64,000 bases of DNA. It comes from Ostrea edulis (Eukaryota). A model generated the notes under the pieces. It did not search any database. It saw only the letters and a list, made by a program, of their open reading frames with translations, and had not been told where the DNA came from. Position numbers and translations under genes: made by a program. How positions within the stretch are numbered: the stretch's first letter is position 1; every line of letters starts with the position of its first letter. Where the stretch lies: contig NC_079172.1 in assembly GCF_947568905.1 (NCBI RefSeq), forward strand, positions 9,176,001 through 9,240,000. The letters are read 5' to 3'. Of the stretch, positions 61,761 through 64,000 are shown piece by piece.

Positions 61761-63601
61761 AGGCACCTGTGTTTTGTCTCAAAGGAAAATGTTGAATATT
61801 ACGCAGTGCACTCAGCACTTGGCTCATCTGAAGTTAAAATGTTTGAGTGAGTTAGCTTTGAGTTTTAAATTCCATTTTTAAAAAAGTTTCTCTATTTGAC
61901 AACTTCACACTGAATGTCGGTAAAGATTCGTATTCCATGTATTGAATTCACGACGATTTGAAAATCATACAGTCGACTCAGGCAAATAAATGGTAATCGC
62001 GGATTACGTAGTACTACTGGTATTTTTCTTTTTAAAAAAGATGAACGGTTGCGCACAAGTAATAATAATTTGGAATTTTGTTTTACTCATTCTTCTATGA
62101 GATTGAAGTTTAAGAGTTCATGCATCGCAGATCCTTGATAGTCGTGTTGGTCTACCTGTCACGAGGATCAGTGACTGATCCGTGCGTCTGGATGTGCAGA
62201 GAGGATAAGCTCTACATTTTAACAAGGACAAGTTTCTAAAATTCCAGTACCTCAACAAAGCAAAACGACCATTTTCATGGCTTCACCGTGTACAATGCCA
62301 CATGTGGGGACCGTGATTGGTGTAGAGCGGGGTTGTGATTTCGAAGCGACAAAAGTAGGTCGGTAAGTATTCAAAGACTTATTGTGTTTAATTAAAATAA
62401 ATCTAGAAAGCCAAAAATATTGCACGGAAGACAATAATTATTGACAAGCTAGCACTTGGAATTGGGGAGTCCAGAACTCTTTCGAAATGCTCAAACACTT
62501 CGACAATATACAGGTAGGGTAGGCGCCGGGTATATTTTTTGGTGTATCTCTTAAGTTTTCTTGATTCCTACTGCATAAAGTCCAAGTTTTTCAACCAGAA
62601 ACATTCCCTTTGAATGGTAACTCAATATTCTTCTGAAGAAACCAACACAAAATCATGGTATGCCGAGTATTTGACTGAAAATCCTGTGTGGCGTAGGGGG
62701 ATGAGAATCTTGTGGCGTAGGGGAATCGAGACTTCTTTCAATATTAGCAAAGTTCACATCTTCAACATTACATGTGAATACATGCATTGCTTTTGTTCAA
62801 AATATTATAAAGAAAAGTCTCAAATCATTTTGTTCAAAGAAAGGCATTAAAGGGTACATAAGTGAAATTGCCATGCATGTGTAACGGATTTTTGTGTACT
62901 GGTATGGGACATACGATAATGTCGGGTAGAATACAAATGTATATCATCGAAAACACCGGAGGTACTGTCGAAATGATATAAAACCCTATGAATACGGCGC
63001 AAACTTGCAGCTGTGAGTTAGTCTGACGAAGAGTGTTACAGCGTTAACATCGGTGAGATTAACATCGAAGTATTAGATAGTTTACTATATAGGCTTAAGA
63101 GTTTGGCAGTGTTAGTAAGTCACCATTGCTATGCGATATGCTTAACATTGTCAATGTATGTTCCTTGATATGATTTAGTGAAGTAACTTTGGTCGCTTTG
63201 GGATCTAATACGGGTTATGAGCAACGCTTGTTGCTTGGGTTATATGTAACGTTGCTTCAAGATCAAAGCACCGCGGTCGCTTTGATGTGACTTGGCTGAA
63301 GAAACCATTGTTGTTTGATTGTTAGTTTGAAAGAAGCCGAGTGATACATGTAACTCCGTACACATGAATCAATGATTTATTAACGTAGATAATTTTCTAT
63401 TGGGTTTATATGTATATAATCGTTTCTAAGTAGAATGTGTATATATGTGCATCTATTGTTGATAAATTCAAATCCTCAGCAAGTTATCTGAGGGAACCCT
63501 GTTGTAAATAATATAATAATGGTAGCTAGATAGGTTACACGTTACACATGGTTGACGTTTTCCATATGTTTAATAAAGTTAATTATTTTTTGTAGAGTAA
63601 A

Positions 63602-63976
63602 ATGGATAGCAGTTTTATGTATCACGTAGAAGAAGTGGATTCTCAAACAACCCAGCACGTACAATGTCATGTATGTGATGTATGCGGGAAGCATTATAAC
63701 GTCAAAATCAAACCTCACACGTAACCTAGAGTCACATCTTGTGAACACTGTGGTAGAACGTTTCCTTGTAAATATAACTTGGCGAGACACAAAAATATTC
63801 ATGATACACTTTTGTTTTGTCCACATTGTGAAGAAAAGTACAATACCAAACAGTCATTGGATTCACATAAATATTTAAACATAATAAATTGGGGAAAATA
63901 TGCGAATCTTGTGACAAAAAATTCAATGACAGTTATGCTCTTAGGAGAAACCTTAAATCAAAACAGAAATTTGTAA
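63602..63976 (+). pseudogene. Degenerate C2H2 zinc-finger ORF
   Basis: MDSSFMY...QCHVCDVCGK, SNLTR, NLARH..IH and FCPHCEEKY motifs split across frames. Confidence 0.5.
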
Positions 63977-64000
63977 GAACTTAATTTCTTTCATACATCA

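Overview
AT-rich, intron-rich eukaryotic genomic DNA. The repeat families suggest a bivalve, probably an oyster (inference). Host genes: five exons of an SMPDL3-type acid-sphingomyelinase-like phosphodiesterase (+, 1162-7849, N-terminus missing); three exons of a TNF-receptor-like Cys-rich gene (-, about 11.0-13.4 kb); three intact 8-exon clan-2 cytochrome P450 genes (24178-29450 +, 35803-41314 +, 49628-58377 -); and an orphan P450 exon 1 with a dead splice donor. Much of the rest is mobile DNA: a decayed full-length Penelope-like element with N-terminal GIY-YIG and C-terminal RT (Naiad-type) plus many pLTR fragments, tRNA-headed SINEs, Helentron-like elements with ~165-bp satellite units, TTAA-, TA- and 9-bp-TSD DNA elements, and an AcademH-like helicase remnant. 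The most unusual observation is a ~265-bp SINE-like family (six head-bearing copies). It shares its body with a tRNA-headed SINE, but its head is a ~70-nt non-tRNA sequence that folds by eye into the pistol-ribozyme topology. All folds and alignments were done by hand and need computational and experimental confirmation.
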